Shown: positions 26,700-40,612, counted from the whole stretch's first letter. The stretch is DNA of 61,893 bases, filler included, from Sphacelaria rigidula (GCA_964200075.2; 5 parts of 5 records of this genome joined end to end with filler, not necessarily neighbours in it), one strand, 5' to 3'. The notes: generated from the sequence alone by a model not told the origin. Numbers and translations: made by a program.

Positions 26700-27935
26700 A
26701 TGCTAGATATGACATCCCTGACCACGTACATGCTGATTGCGGGACACGTGAGCACATACCTCCTGGAACGAATCCTGCCTTGTGCACGGTATGGGCTTGA
26801 TTTGAAGATTTGAACGTTGATATCCCCAGCTCTGTACAGGTTGAAATGAGTTCGAATGTGGCGGGTAGATGATTCCACACGTTGAATAGATCATTATCTG
26901 TCCCCCAGGTTTAGCAGGTAGAGTTTGAGTACATTTGTGTACACGATTCCGATTACACAGTGCAACTAGTTATGAAACGATTCCCGTGTTCCGGGTACCA
27001 TCGATCACGAGGGAGGTATCTTGTACGAGTCATGAGTGTATCACAGGTTGTTATCGGCGTTTTACGTCGAGTACATCGGGTGGTACGCAGAGTACTGGCA
27101 CCACCTCTAACCGCGGTACTTGCAACACCTCTACGGACAGTACGGGCAGTACCTCTATGAAGACTAAGGACAATCAACAGAACACGCCGGCACAGCACAC
27201 AGCATGAGCAGGCAAACGCCAGGTGCTTTGTCGGCGAAGAATGCGGCGAGAATAACATAGTTTCGAACGCAGCATAATTGAGAGCAGACAAACATCACTT
27301 CACAGCAGCAGTCTCTGGCTCTAGCTCTAGACACATGCGCTGTATCACGTAAACAGAACGGCTCTTGACAGACTGTAAAGCACCTGTTTCGTCAGTGTCC
27401 CATCTGTGGTCGGTTGCTAACTCCTCCTTGTCTACGTAGTCCTCACAGGCCGCATAAAACTCCGGCATGCGATCTTCTTCGTCCGCCGCACCACTAGGTC
27501 GGCCTTGTAGATGCCGTTGCTGCGCTCACCAAGCCGCGGGTGCCTCCGAGGGAACAGGTCGAGCCATTTTCGACCTGAGCCTACCGTCGGGCTCTATGGT
27601 ACCGGTCGGTTGTCGCTGCAGAGTGACATTGTAATGCTTGAGAGGACCGCGTGCTTAGAGGACCGCATCGGAATTTGAACATCCCCATGATTAGGGTTAG
27701 GTTAGGGTTAGGGTTGGTGTTGGGGTTATGGCCAGGGGCGTGGTACCTGCAGGGACTGGCCCCATTGGTTTTGAAAAACATCGATCCTGAGGTGTTTTGA
27801 ACTACCGCGCGGTCCTCTAAGCATGCGGTCCTCTCACGCATTACACCATAACCGCCTGTTTCAGGCCATCTCTATTCAGGACCGTTGACGAGCTGCCGCA
27901 AATTTGAGCATATCTTCGAGTACGGGCTGAATAGT
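26700..27935 (-). pseudogene. pogo/Fot1-like (CENP-B HTH plus DDE_1) transposase relic
   Basis: LEDMLKFAAARQ..LNRDGLKQAV[MITE]MSLCSDNRPVP*SPTVGSGRKWLDLFPRRHPRL, then AADEEDRMPEFYAACEDYVDKEELATDHRW-(frameshift)-TDETG and FELISTCTELGISTFK. Many frameshifts. Confidence 0.75.
27630..27847. mobile_element. 218-bp MITE with AT TSD and an internal telomere-like tract
   Basis: ~37-bp TIRs TGTAATGCTTGAGAGGACCGCGTGCTTAGAGGACCGC and GCGGTCCTCTAAGCATGCGGTCCTCTCACGCATTACACC; AT on both sides; TTAGGG-like run at ~27691-27727. Confidence 0.88.
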
Positions 27936-29579
27936 CTTTTCAGACTGTGGTGCCTTCACGGTCGCGCAAGAAAACCTGGCGCATGTGCCAGGCATCTTGT
28001 TGTGCGTGTGCAAGGCACACCAAGGAGAACAGTATCGACATAGCACATGTTCGCAAATCGTTCCGAAAACACCCGACATGCGGGGACGTGCATCGTTTCG
28101 AACATATACGCTGTGCCGTGCAGGCAGCAGGCGCGATTGGGTGCTAGACAGTGAATTCGCATCCGTTGTGAAGTGCAAATATATCCGTAAGAAGTCATGA
28201 GCAATTCCAGCAGTAGCCGGAGCCGCACTAGCGAATGTAGGGAGCCTGCGGTAGTGCGAAGTACCGTACGAGCAGAAAGGCCGCAGCCGCCAATAGCGGT
28301 GGTGGAGATGCGGAGTACTGTACAAGCAAAAACACCTTGGCCGCGAACAGTAGAGCAAGAAGCCTGCGGCTTTTCTACTTGCTGTACCGTGCTCCGCACC
28401 ACCGCAGGCTCCCTGGATTACGCTCATGTGATGAGCGGCACACTGTCGAGCGTCCGGGAGCTGGCCGTACCGCATGAGCGGGGTATTGCTGATGACTTCT
28501 TCACACGTCGGACGAGCACAAGCATGACTCGTAGCACTGGCTCTGGTTGCGCTTCGCGTTGGCCGTTTTTGGAGGTCTTTGAGCACTCGAGTCATCGATC
28601 GTTGTGGAAACACCTATAGGGCCAGTACTCGAGTCAGGCCTCACAAGCGGTGCTCTGTTTGTTGATATACGGGTCAGTGTACCCAACGTTTGTTTTTGGT
28701 GTCACCGTACCCGCAGTATGGTTGCGGTCGTAGCCGGGGTTGGCGTTGCAGTCTCCACTGCTTGCGCTTAGCTTGCTTCTGCACCCTGCGCGGCCTTGGA
28801 TATGGGGCATGATTTGAGATATCTTCGTCGTAGTTGTGTGTTGTTTCATGCTGCCCGGACGGAACATAGCCCTTGAAAAAGACCGTACCCGCGTGAATGC
28901 TGCTGGCTTCCTTTTGTAGGCTGTTGTGCCGTTGTTCTGAATGGCTCGCGTTGATCGGTGGTGGAGGGTGGAGGTGGAGACGAATCGTGCCGGCATGTAT
29001 TACGCGCGAGATTTTTCCTGGAACATGATGCAAGCTGCACTGGACCTGCCAGCAGTGGGTATATTGAAGTCAAGAGAAAACATGACATGCTCGACGATCG
29101 CGACGATACGTGCCAAACTCGAACGCGTATTGTCATTTCTGTATTGTACGCAGTGGGTCGTTCATCATATATTGCGGGAACAAGATGTATCGGGTATGTA
29201 CCGTGGGAAAATGATGGAAGTGCTATACACCTGGCACTATGATTTCAAGCAGCACCGGCGAGCCCCGAGACGCAATTCATATTACCTTTCATGTACGTTC
29301 CGATATGTTACATCGAACACACGACATGTAGTGCAAATTCGTATATTGTAGCTGTCGACCTATCCGTATTTTTGCGCGCTTGAATTATGTTGTACTAATT
29401 TACACACGGCATATTGCGCTGACAAATATTTCCCCCTTTCGGTTGTGAAATACGTTGCATGGTCAATATATAATCCGATTGTTTGGAATCGAATGAAATA
29501 CTCCAACAATATCTGTCAGTGCACCTACAGAAAGAAGATGCAGTGTGAGCAATATATGTCGGAGTCGTGCGTGGCCAGC

Positions 29580-32300
29580 TATCGCGCGGCCAACATTCTC
29601 AGTTGATGACGAGGAATCGGATATCTGCATCTCATCACTCTCAAGGGTGAAACTTGTTCACAGGGTTCAGACTGAAATCAACCCAAAACTGGTTACAAAA
29701 TTATCGTCGTTTCAGAGTAGTGTGGCGGAACCTCGACGAGGCCCGACATTTTGAAGTTTCAAAGCGAACCTGTCGACAGCCGTGTACCCTTCTATCGCGA
29801 TCACTGTAGCACTTTGTTCTGCATCGACCACGGCACATGCCCGTGTCGTGAGACCGTGTTTTTTCACCGCGGAGTTCTCTGTCGCAACCGCTGCGGCGCA
29901 TGCAAACGCGTGACACAGAATAGAACCCGATTGATAAACCTTGGAACTTTGCTACACCGGCGAACAAAACCACATGGGGCTCAACCGTAGTTATTGATCA
30001 GCTGAGCACGCTGTACTTTGCTTCGGTCAAATTGGTTCAAAAACGGACCAGAAACACTGGTTTGTGTCAGATGCGCGCCGAAAACATCCACGTGAAGGGG
30101 TCAGCAACGGCACGTTTTCGGTCGAAATAGACATGCGCGCGGCCACCTTTCCTGCGACACTGGACTGATTCTAGGAGGCAGATACTGCTGTGTGTAGATG
30201 AGCACAAGCTAGCGGTGCAGCTAACCCGTGTGAGCGGTGGGTGTCTGTGAACGTCTTTCGGGACTCGATATAATGTCTTTCGGGACTCGAAGTATAGCTG
30301 CTGTGGTCCTTTGTCGCATGTTTCTTGTACGAGTACAGACTAGTTCGGCCAACCACCACTGCAAGAACCGCCGCATTTTCGACTCTGTGCTCAGATGCGG
30401 CTTGCATCTGGGCAGAAAATGTGTGCCTTTTTCGAGGGTGCCTGTAGCACGTTATGTCAAAGTTGGCCGCCGCGGTGTATGATGTGGTTGAGGTCATAGG
30501 CCGCGCTCATCGTGCCGCGGAACTGCACACGTTTAGCGGACGGCGGCGACAGTGATGGTGGACGGGCCCATGCGATGGACATGCCGGCGAAAAGGGCCAT
30601 TGCACTCGTTGCAGCACCAATGCGGTACAGTGCACCACAGCAACGTTGGACATGGCGACCAGTCCCTGACCAGCTGTCGTGCAAGTCGGCAATACTTTGA
30701 GATATGGTTGATAAGGTCGGTCCCAGGCTCACCACAACCACCCCACGCCGTCATCACGTCAAACAGCGCACTGCCCATCGTGCAGCCGTTGTATGAATAC
30801 TTACTCGGGAAAGGGCGTGGATAAAGGGACGAAGTAGTTACAGCAGAGTAGCCGAGACACACGAGTAGTACAGTGCTGTAGCACGTCCACAGCCTGCCTC
30901 GCACAAACAGCAGTCAGCACCAGCAAAGAGTTTGCTCTTCGACCCGATCGCTGCGTGGCGCGGGGACTGATGTGCCTAAGCAGTGTTGAAGTTTCGCCGA
31001 AAATGCACGACCGCTGGTCAGAGACCCGTTGCGATCCCCAATGCTTCAGCAGTGCGGTCTAGCACAAAATATGCACAATGATAGCTGGTGGTGAAATATA
31101 CATCGCATGATACGTCGAAAATCACTGCCTGAGGGGTCCGCCGAAGGCGTACAGTACCGCTGCATCACGAGCGCGGCGTATACCGCATGCAGTGCAGACA
31201 GTAATATTGAAATACGTTCGAGAGAATGGGATATCTGCTGGTATATTGGCATGACAAACCACCAACGGCAATGATTCATGTCGAAGATATGGGAATGGAA
31301 CTCGGAAGGTATTCGAAGATGACAACGGAGCCGAAGAAACATCTTCCTCGCGGGAAATTTGCACACATTTCGTTGTCGTCTGACGTTTTATGCAAGCACC
31401 CTCATGGTTCAAGTACGTGCAAAATGTTGATGCCGATTCAACATTGGGCCACCCGTGTCGGTCGAATCTATGTGTGTTTGACTTGTACAACCAAAGGGGG
31501 TACCCGTGCACCGGAAGCTCGGATACCCAGGCACCCCCCCCACGCCTCCCAGAGGAGGAAATTTCAATTGTCGGGCACTGAAAAATTAAAATTTCCAAGA
31601 ACAGCACCGGTCAGTATGCGAGTGATGCCCGTACTCCATTCCTTTATTTTTTTCATTTTCCCGTGAGCCGTCCGTTTTCCTTGCATGACACCAGCTAGTT
31701 CGCGTCGATGGTGCCCGTGAAGTGGATATCTAGATGCCAACTCGTGAGGAATAGTTTCAACATTGACACGTACGAAGTATTTAGACAACGCATGATACGT
31801 TCCCACGTAGCCAGCGTCGTACTGTGCAGAGTTCGTGTTGTGAATGTATTTCCACTCTCAAGCAGTACACATGAATGTGGACGCATTTGCCTTCCGATGC
31901 GGGATTCAAGACGATATTCTGTCAGGTACGCTCGTTTGTGTCTGTCGGAAAATGGATAGGACGGGATGGGTTGGACAACGACGTGATCGAGAACGCAAAG
32001 TCAAATAAGGTTCCATGTCCCAGCATTCGCAAGGTTCGGCAACCTCTGCCGCGTTGCTTCATTTTCAGCATGCATGCATTCCCGTAAAACATTTGCAATA
32101 GAGATATCATGGCCTGTCCTCTACGCACATCCTTATTGCTTCAAGAGACCTCGAAGCAGGAGGCTTCTGCAATAAATGTGAGGACGGTGTTCTTCAAAAC
32201 GAAGCTATCCAGGCATAGTTTCGACGGGAGTCATGCCACGTGGTACTTTGAGGAATGTATTTCGACAAGATATCAACCACTAACCAAGGTGTTTCATCGA
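29580..32300 (+). pseudogene. Possible second, highly eroded pogo/Fot1 DDE_1 transposase relic
   Basis: Colinear motif remnants: RPTFSVDDEESDI (~29590), SALPIVQPLYEYLLGKG (~30770), LSENG* (31945-31959; TAG in place of TGG) and FDGSHAT (~32219). Interrupted by other repeats. Confidence 0.35.
31532..31740 (+). repeat. Dispersed repeat shared with ~39841-40040
   Basis: TCGGGCACT.AAAAATT.AAA.TTCCAAGAAC.GC.CC.GTCAGTAT in both contigs. Confidence 0.8.
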
Positions 32301-35182
32301 CGAGGTATACGTACAGTAGCATACGCCTCCGGAATACTGTAGAAAGTCGATGATCCCAAGGTTGTATGCGTTGCCTTCGTGAAGTAGAAAGCGGTGGAGC
32401 ACGACAAGAGCAGCCCCTTGCAAGGTCACGGAGCTGGGTTTTGCAGGGATGGGAGTGGTGAACACTTCAGCAGCGGCACCTTCCACCCGCTCTCGACCTA
32501 CGCAATATCAAACTGCTGCGAATTGCCAACCATGCACTGCCCCTCACATATGGCGTGCATTTCATTCGTTCTCACAATCGGTCACATTCACCGCGTGTTA
32601 TAGTCAGCCCAGATGAGTCGAGGGTCAAGGGTGCAGCGGACAGCCCCAAAACCCGCGATATTTGTCACCATCCATCAACATGCAGAGGCGTACAAAAAGG
32701 TTGAATAAACAAATAAACGACCGGCAAACCGTCGTCAGTCAGTTGGTTGTGGGTGCTGACTAGGGTCCACACCCACTTGACCTTTTGGGGCCGCATTCCG
32801 TGTTAGTATTTCATGGAGGTGTTGTTGACACCCATATTTGAATATTGAATATTCTACCGTCGTCAAGGTAATCACATTAGCAGACGGCGGAGCGATCAAG
32901 CGGACAGCGAGCAAGAGCGGGCAAATCATCCCACGTTTATACAGAGGAAAAGAGTGCGAGGAAATATGCTTTAATATAACAATCACGTAATTCCACAGAG
33001 AGAGGTCAACGAAACCCCAGGAACGTGTTTGGATGGCCTGGGTAATTCCTTGATGTGTTTCAATCGATGTTCTTCAGAAAATACTTCACCATTTGCTGTG
33101 CTCGTTCATCGTTTGATTTCAGAGTAGGCAATTTTATATGAAGCCTCCCATACAAACTGTCTACTCCTCCATACCCACAACATATGGCCAGCCCGTCAAA
33201 TGTTTCTGACACCAACAAGCAGCTGGGACATATGCGAAACGAGTGTGCGCGATAACTTCGATACGCAGCCATGGCAGAGGCTGCCACTCCTGCTTACCCC
33301 CTCCAGCAACGGCTGGCAGCCTTGGCCGAGAGTTCAAGTCGCCAGAAACTAATACATACAACAAACTGTTGCGCACCTGGCTTGGGTTGGCACATCTCCC
33401 TCGTTACATAGTGTCCCGTACTGTACTGATTGCGGCGCATATATGCTCGTCTTTCGCCATCACTCCTCAAGACACGTCCTTGCTGCCCTGACCTCGAACT
33501 GGTAAAGACGTCTACTGGCGATAGGGATAGATTCGTGATTGGCAAATGACTCGCCGGTGCAATACGGTGCAATGCGGTTCTGTGCTAGCACTGCGCTGTG
33601 CTACCCCTCCCGCACTGCACTCCTGTCGTCGTACTGACTTTGACCGGCGAAGCATACATGTACTGGATACACTCTTTCGACTCTCCACAAACAAGCTGCA
33701 TGGTTGATTTCGAGAATACGCGTCATCTTTGCACAAATGACCAGCTAGTGGAACGCACTTTTGGTCGGTCGTGAGGCTGGGGCCAAAAGGACTGACACTG
33801 TCACCCCTCATTCTACCATGCCCGACCCTATTGCATACTACCTCTGTCTCACAAGATATGCCCGTTTGGACGTTTTGCCGCATTTATCTTGCGTACTTTC
33901 GGCTTTTACCGAGCGTTTCTTTTTTTGTTTCCATGAAGTTTTGGAGTAGAGCTCAAAATCGAGGCTTTTGCAGAGCCCCCAATAGACAAGCAGCTACACT
34001 CACGGCGATCATAATGTGTCGGTCGTGCACAACCGGAATCTACGGGTTGACAGCCTTCCCATCGATTTTTGGAGAAACGGTTTTTTTGCATGGTTCCCGA
34101 GGCGTTTCGGAGAACCGCTCGAAACCGTCATTCTTCAGTCTGCCGCCACCACAGCCCTATTTAAGGTGTGGTGGCGGTACCTACCGGATTCGGGGGTATA
34201 CGCGCCCATCTCGGGGACAATATCATGTTGTCCCCGGGTCTGGAGGGTCTTCTTGTTCTCACACATGTCTTCAAAACCTCGAAACACACTACCGTGGGTC
34301 TGAGCACCGCGAAAAAGGTTCTTTGTACGCCCCGTATCGCACACTGAGCCAAAGTTCTGCCAAAACTCTGCCTCTCCTTCGCGAAATCTCACCACATAAG
34401 TCCACTTTGTGAGTTTTTCACGCCGGGGATGATAACATGTGATCCTCTTGGGCTATTTTTTTTTTTACATAACGGCAACCATATGTGGGAGACATGATTG
34501 AGGTCCGTATGTCGAAAACAACTGTATTGGGTACATTATCGCAATATTTCACCATCGGGTTATCCAATGAGAGTTTCCAAACGAGCTTATCTTGTGGGAC
34601 AGAGGGAGTATATGTTTTTGTGGCACGTGGCCAGCGCGGAAGCGAAATTATTACTACACCAAACATGTGTGTGCTTGACGTATTTTTTAACGCGTTTTTG
34701 TCTTGGCTTGAAGTTTAGGCGCATCTTTCCCATAATTTGAGAGGCAGGGAATGTGTAGAGCCCTGGCTATCCAGTGTTCTTTCCGTTCAAAAAAGCGAAG
34801 GCAGTCAAGGGAGGGAAACATTCAAGGAGCGGGTTCCACTTGAAACGGCCACGCTTCACGGCGTGAGATGTGCCGAGGTTAGAGGGAAGTACGTCCTTGA
34901 AAGAGTGATGTCCACATTAGCCCGGAAAAGTGGCGCCACAGACAACGTCCGTTGCTGAGGCGCTCGGGTGGCAAAAGATGCATGTAACTGCATAGTTCGG
35001 AAGCGCATAATAAAAGAAAAACATCCTCAATTCGAATTCGCGACAAAATTGGCGTTGCGCTTCGAGGTGAATGTACTGTACTGACTGCAGGACGCGAACC
35101 ACGTCTCCATAGTGCTGGGATGTCAGTGATCTATCTTAAGAACTGAATATTCAAACTGCTCTCTGTCACATTGGGAGAGCAA

Positions 35183-35530
35183 GTGTGTGTGTTGTCGTCC
35201 CATCTATTCTGGACGCCGGTCTACTACTTTCGGTATGTGTGGGCGCACCAGCCGGGGTCACACAGGAGGAAGGCCAACGCAGGAGTTTGTTTCCCTTTGG
35301 TTCTCTGCCTTCCCTCTGAGGTGCTTGACTTTTTTGTTTTTCGCGAGAAGGATTCGGCAGTCCCTTTCCCTCGTCGTTCGCCAAGTCGAATTATGTGTAC
35401 CCACGACATAGTCACTCTCCACTGTTGGGCATTGTGCGAGATGAAATCCCAGATCGCTCCGAGATTCGAACCCACAACCCAATCGTCAGAAGGTTCGGAT
35501 GTTACCAACTGAGCCACCGGGGCGACCGGC
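35183..35530 (-). mobile_element. tRNA-derived SINE, same family as 58845-59199
   Basis: Colinear over the full length; A box TGGCTCAGTTGG, B box GGTTCGAATC, CA tail. A 3' fragment also lies at 11291-11356 (+). Confidence 0.9.
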
Positions 35531-36516
35531 CCTGCGAGTGACAGGGTGAAACACTCCACCAAAGGCCGATCAGGTGAATGTCGGCTGAAGCTCAGGATGA
35601 TTACGAAGGAGTCCGGTCAAAAAAATCAAGGGCTGATGATGCGAATAGAAGGCAAGAGCAACCGCCCCCATCGTGCTCAACCTGTCGTGATGTCGGCTAC
35701 CCAAGCTCTGGTGCTGTCTATAGGGGGACGTTGTCCCCTTCCCGAACAGCTTCACAGTGGTTCTGGACAGAAGATACAGCTTTCTTCGACTCGGCTGTAT
35801 GGCCACGTTTTGCGCGAGGCGCCGTATGACCAAGGGCATCAACTTCATAGATACGAGGAAAGCTGAGCGGCGATTATCTGTGTCACTGCGGGGGTCGACC
35901 GATAAGCGGCCCGAGTTAAGCGACTATACTGGCAAGATCTGCCGCTGCCTCCGCGCAGGTTTGAAGTCGTACCCTGTATATTTCACACCACGGACAACAT
36001 AATACACAGTAAAAAAGTGTACTGCGTAAAGTATCGACTATTTCGCCTATTGCAACAGACAACAGATTCCATACTATACGCAGTACATTTTTTGACAAAA
36101 GGATATGTTGTCCAGGGTGTGGTATAATTCCCATCAGAAAGTGGAAAGGCTTCCGAAAATCATCATTTTACCCCACGCAGCGCACGAACGCCGTGGGTCG
36201 CCGATACTCTTGCATCACTACCCACCTGCGGCCTCAACCTACACATACGGGACGTGTCGGCATCATAAAACGCCAGGTGCCATGCTTGGACACCAAACCT
36301 TTCAAATTACCGCATCCTTATTATTGAACAGGAATGACTCTGGACGAAGCATCGAGATCGTCCGCTTCAATTTTTCGGACACTTTCTTCTTCGCTTCGGC
36401 TGTAAACAGTGTAACGGCGCGACCTATTTTCAGGTGGTGTACGCAAGTAAGAGCGAGCAGGTCGCGAACGCCTTCAGAGCCAAATTCGCAAGAAACCCAA
36501 TTTTAGATGCTGAATA

Positions 36517-37099
36517 CGAGCTGGGCCAGCCTAAAAATGGATGTAAGCTTTTGACGCAATATCTCCTCGACACAGACGAGTTGGGCCGTGATCCGCGTAT
36601 CGTATTGATAGTCTAATCAAGGGTAAGATGCCCATCTGCTAAAAAATCTGGGTTAAAAGTTTTTCGTTGATCAAATCTCATGTCTAGTAATCCCTATACC
36701 GTACAAAGATAGCGTCCATACTAGACTCTCCATGAAACCCCGAACGATACATTCAGCGGATGATGACGTTTTTTGGTGTGGACTTCCCCTGGAGCACGGG
36801 GAGACGATACCTACCCCCATCTTCACCTAATTCGTAATCCATCTCGAGATATGGCGCACATAAGTTTCCATACTATAATCAATATATTACGAGCAGAGAC
36901 ATTAGATGCCCCAAATCTGGATATCGCGTCCAAGTTTTTGAGAGTTGTCCTGTGAAATTTCGAATGAAGAACCGCTAAGACCCACTTTTATGGCTACGTG
37001 TCCCGATTTTTACAAATATGAGGATTTCAGCCCATCTACAGGCGATTTTCTCCCGTTGATTGATTTTTCGGACCCCAATCCGATGGGCAATGTTTTTCG
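36517..37099 (+). mobile_element. Related TA|CGAGCTGGGCCAGCC element, probably truncated by the contig end
   Basis: Same terminal 17 bp after TA but different internal sequence. Confidence 0.55.
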
Positions 37100-37199
37100 N
37101 NNNNNNNNNNNNNNNNNNNNNNNNNNNNNNNNNNNNNNNNNNNTTAATTAATTAANNNNNNNNNNNNNNNNNNNNNNNNNNNNNNNNNNNNNNNNNNNN
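37100..37199. other. Artificial contig linker
   Basis: Same N44-TTAATTAATTAA-N44 spacer. Confidence 0.98.
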
Positions 37200-37778
37200 T
37201 GGACCCAAAAGGGCCAAAATGGGGTATATGTTGACATGATTTTAGTATCGAAAACAAGTTGTTTTTTTCCTCTTTTTTTTTCTCAGTCAGCTTCTTCTGT
37301 ACGTTATCTCTCAAACGAGCCCAACTGTAGCATGATCGTGAGCATTGAAATACCCACACGATTAAACGTCCACAACGATACAGACTTATGGGACAGAGGA
37401 AGTATTGTGCGAGGTGCAGCACCTCAACTCCGCGCAAAGAGGATGATCGTACTACGTGGTGTTTAACTGGTGAGACACCCATGAGGAAATGTGTCCCGTG
37501 GCTGTCTCTGAAAGTGGCGATACCAGGAAGTGAAGCAGCTCATTCGAGGCTACCATCCACGTGCAAGATAATCAGTACACTCCGGGCCGAACAATCTCAG
37601 CAGGATGCAGGTCAACCTTCATGCAACTCGCCGAACACATCACGGCGCTTCACGCTTGGTGGTTGATTTCGAGCCTAGTTCGGCTAAAAGCCGGCGAGCT
37701 CCGTTCCGGCTTTGTAGGGATGCGAGGCCAATGGTCTCATTGTGACTAACTAAGGTATGCACGATATTGAGTACAGTA

Positions 37779-39827
37779 TTACGGAGGCAAATTGTTAATA
37801 GGTCCTCGGCCATATTTTCGTCAAAAAATATTCAAATCCAACAAACTTTGGCGCAAACAAACCGCACGAAAAAATGCAGTTCGCCCCCGGGAAACAAAAG
37901 AAAGAAAAAAAAACGTTGAGTTATGGCAGATTTTTCGCCGTTTTTTAGTCACCCTGAATTCGGCGCTGGGGTGACAAAAGTTTGGAAAATTGACCACAAC
38001 TCGCTTGATATTCGATGGTTGCCCGCAAACGATGACGCTAATGAACCGCACAGACGATGAAAACACGAATCAAAATACTTGGGACCAGAAACAGCTTTCG
38101 GGTTAGGTTTGGCCGTATTTGTCGAAACTGTCCCGGTCCTCCTCAACTCGGCGCTGGAGCGGAAAATTTGATGAAAATTGGCCGTAATTCGCCCAATATT
38201 CGATGGCTTCTCACAAATGATGGCTCTAACGAACCGCACGGACAATGCAAAAACGTAACAAACGCTGTGGCGCCGAAGATATTTTTCCTGCAGAGTTTGG
38301 CAGAATTTTTCAGCACTATCACGGTGCTCCTTAAGTCGGAGCTGGGGCGGCAAAGTTTGGGAAATTGGCCGTAACTTGCTCAATATTGGATGGTTTCTCA
38401 CAAACGACGGTTGTAATGAACCGCACGGGCGATGGGAACACGTACCAGCACATATTGGTGCCGAAAACCTTATTCCTGTAGAGTGTGGCCGTATTTTTGG
38501 GCACTGTACCGGTTCTCCACAACTCCGCACCAGGGCGGAAAAGTGTGAACGATTGACCGTAATTCGCTCAAAATTCGATGGTTTGTCGCAAACGATGGCT
38601 CTAATGAATCGCACGAATGATGGGAACATGTATCACAGCACATTGGTGCCAAAAACGCCCTCCCTGTAAAGTATGGGCGCGTTTTTCAGCACTGTCCCCG
38701 TTTCCCTCAAGTTGGCGCTGGGGCGGAAAAGTTTGAAAAATTGACCATAATTCGGTCAAAATGTGATGGTTTCTCACAAACCACGGATAAAACGAACTGC
38801 ACGGACGATGCGATCACACACACGTGCACTTCGCCGTCGAAAATGTTTTTCTGTCGAGGTTAGCCATATTTTCCAGCATTGTCCCCGTTTTCCATTATAG
38901 GACGTTAGGGCAGAAATTTACGGCTTTGGGGCAGAAAGGTTGATACGCCATCAACGACGCCGAAAACAACCGGGTGACCGATGCGGTCTCTCCCCAAAAA
39001 ATCAAGCGCGAAATATAGAAGAGATGCTGCTGTTCACTGCAGTCTTTTATTTTACGAGGTTCAATGCTATTTAACGTCAACCCGTCCTGGTGCGAAACCA
39101 CGGCAAAGCTTGGATGGACCTGGGAGGATTGGAGACAGAAGCCCCCCAGAAGAGAAGAGAAAGCAGATTCTTTGTAAAATAGCCGCATGGCTGTGGCGTT
39201 GCAAACCTTCGGCAGCTATAGAGCTACATTCTCGTTTCGAGGACCCTGAGATACGTTCACACCAGTTCAATACCGTCCTCCGATCCCTCCCCCACGTTCA
39301 TGTACTCTACAAACTCCGCAGATAAATCAAGTTCCTCCTGAAGCTCCACGCCATCATCCTCCACTATATATATATACAGCTGCACAGGCCCAAACTCGGG
39401 GTCCTGATACTCAACTGGGCGTATCTCAGAAATTCAAAATTCCGGCTGGTGGGTAACAAAGGCCTGGTCCTCAGTTATCTCGTGGAACCGGTTCTATACG
39501 CTGGTTCTCTAACATTGGTTCTATCTTTCATTTCCCGTGAAAAGAAGTATGTTTTGAAGTGCCTGTTTTCGTTGCAATCTGCTGCACGCTGTGTTGTGTT
39601 TCTCGCCATGGGACCTGTATCGTCTGACAGCTGCAGTCGTCACCTTTCGTTTAATGCTACGGGAGGCACCGTGATCCTTCTGTGCGCCTTTAAACGTGTT
39701 CATATCAAGTTTTGAAAAAGCTTGCAAAAATGCAAAAATGAACCGTCGCGAAAAACGAAAAATCTCACCTGTGTTTCGAACGAGAAAAAAACGTGAATTT
39801 GGACCTATTAACAATGTGCCTCCGTAA
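37779..39827. mobile_element. ~2.05-kb non-autonomous TIR element (TA-flanked) carrying a 188-bp tandem array
   Basis: TIRs TTACGGAGGCAAATTGTTAATAGGTCC and GGACCTATTAACAATGTGCCTCCGTAA (26/27 match), TA on both sides. Confidence 0.85.
37900..38900 (+). repeat. Degenerate tandem repeat, 188-bp period, ~5 units
   Basis: A CGGCGCTGG-like anchor recurs at 37961, 38149, 38337, 38525 and 38713. Confidence 0.92.
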
Positions 39828-40612
39828 TAGTAGTACAATACACCCCCTCACGCAGGGTGAGATTTTTCATTTTTCGGGCACTCAAAAATTGAAACTTCCA
39901 AGAACTGCCCCAGTCAGTATCAGAGAGATATCCATCCTTTTGCCGTATCTTTGTATGTTACCGTGTGCCCTCTGCTTCCCTTGAGCGACACCAGCTATCT
40001 TGGGCCGATGGTGCACGTAGACCGCAAGTTTAGATATCACTCTCCGAGGAATATCTTCAACTTTGGGATGAATGAAAGTTACGGGAAAAACGGTACATGG
40101 AGGATCGAGTGTAGCAAGCTGTGGAGTTTGCAGATCAGAAATGGACCGTACAGTATGCACCACCCAGAACTAAACCCTTTGACCCCGAGCATCGTTTCGG
40201 AAAAATACCACCGGCCGACAGCATATTGTAGGAACTATCGTATACTAGAGGAGTAGAAACGAAGCGCACTTCGCATATCCGGCAGCCTTATCCGGATCGA
40301 TCCGCGGATTGAAAAAAGTGGCGGATATCCGGATATCTGGGATGTCCAATTTGCAGACGGATTTCGAGGAAACGAACGATGGAAACTCCTCAACGCTCCC
40401 CACATGCATGTTGCGCATGTGTGAAAGGGGTAGTGGAGCCTTGGATCACGTATCGCGAGTCAGATGCACAAGTCACATGAAGTGAAAATGGTTGTCGTCG
40501 TTATCCACGCAATCTGCCAGCGATGTGCAAGAATGAACGCCTATTCCATGTCAAACCGGAAAACCAAGTCCGACCACGGGATCCAATCTTTTACTTTCAC
40601 AAGGCCACTTGA

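Noticed and set aside
32060-32100. MFYGNACML as a KDZ transposase YDxAC motif
   Set aside because: The catalytic Asp is absent and no other KDZ motifs were found nearby.
35455-35530. tRNA gene
   Set aside because: The A and B boxes belong to a SINE head that continues into a shared body and CA tail; no full cloverleaf is evident.
37900-38900. CRISPR-like array
   Set aside because: Whole 188-bp units are degenerate copies; there are no identical short repeats with unique spacers and no cas genes.
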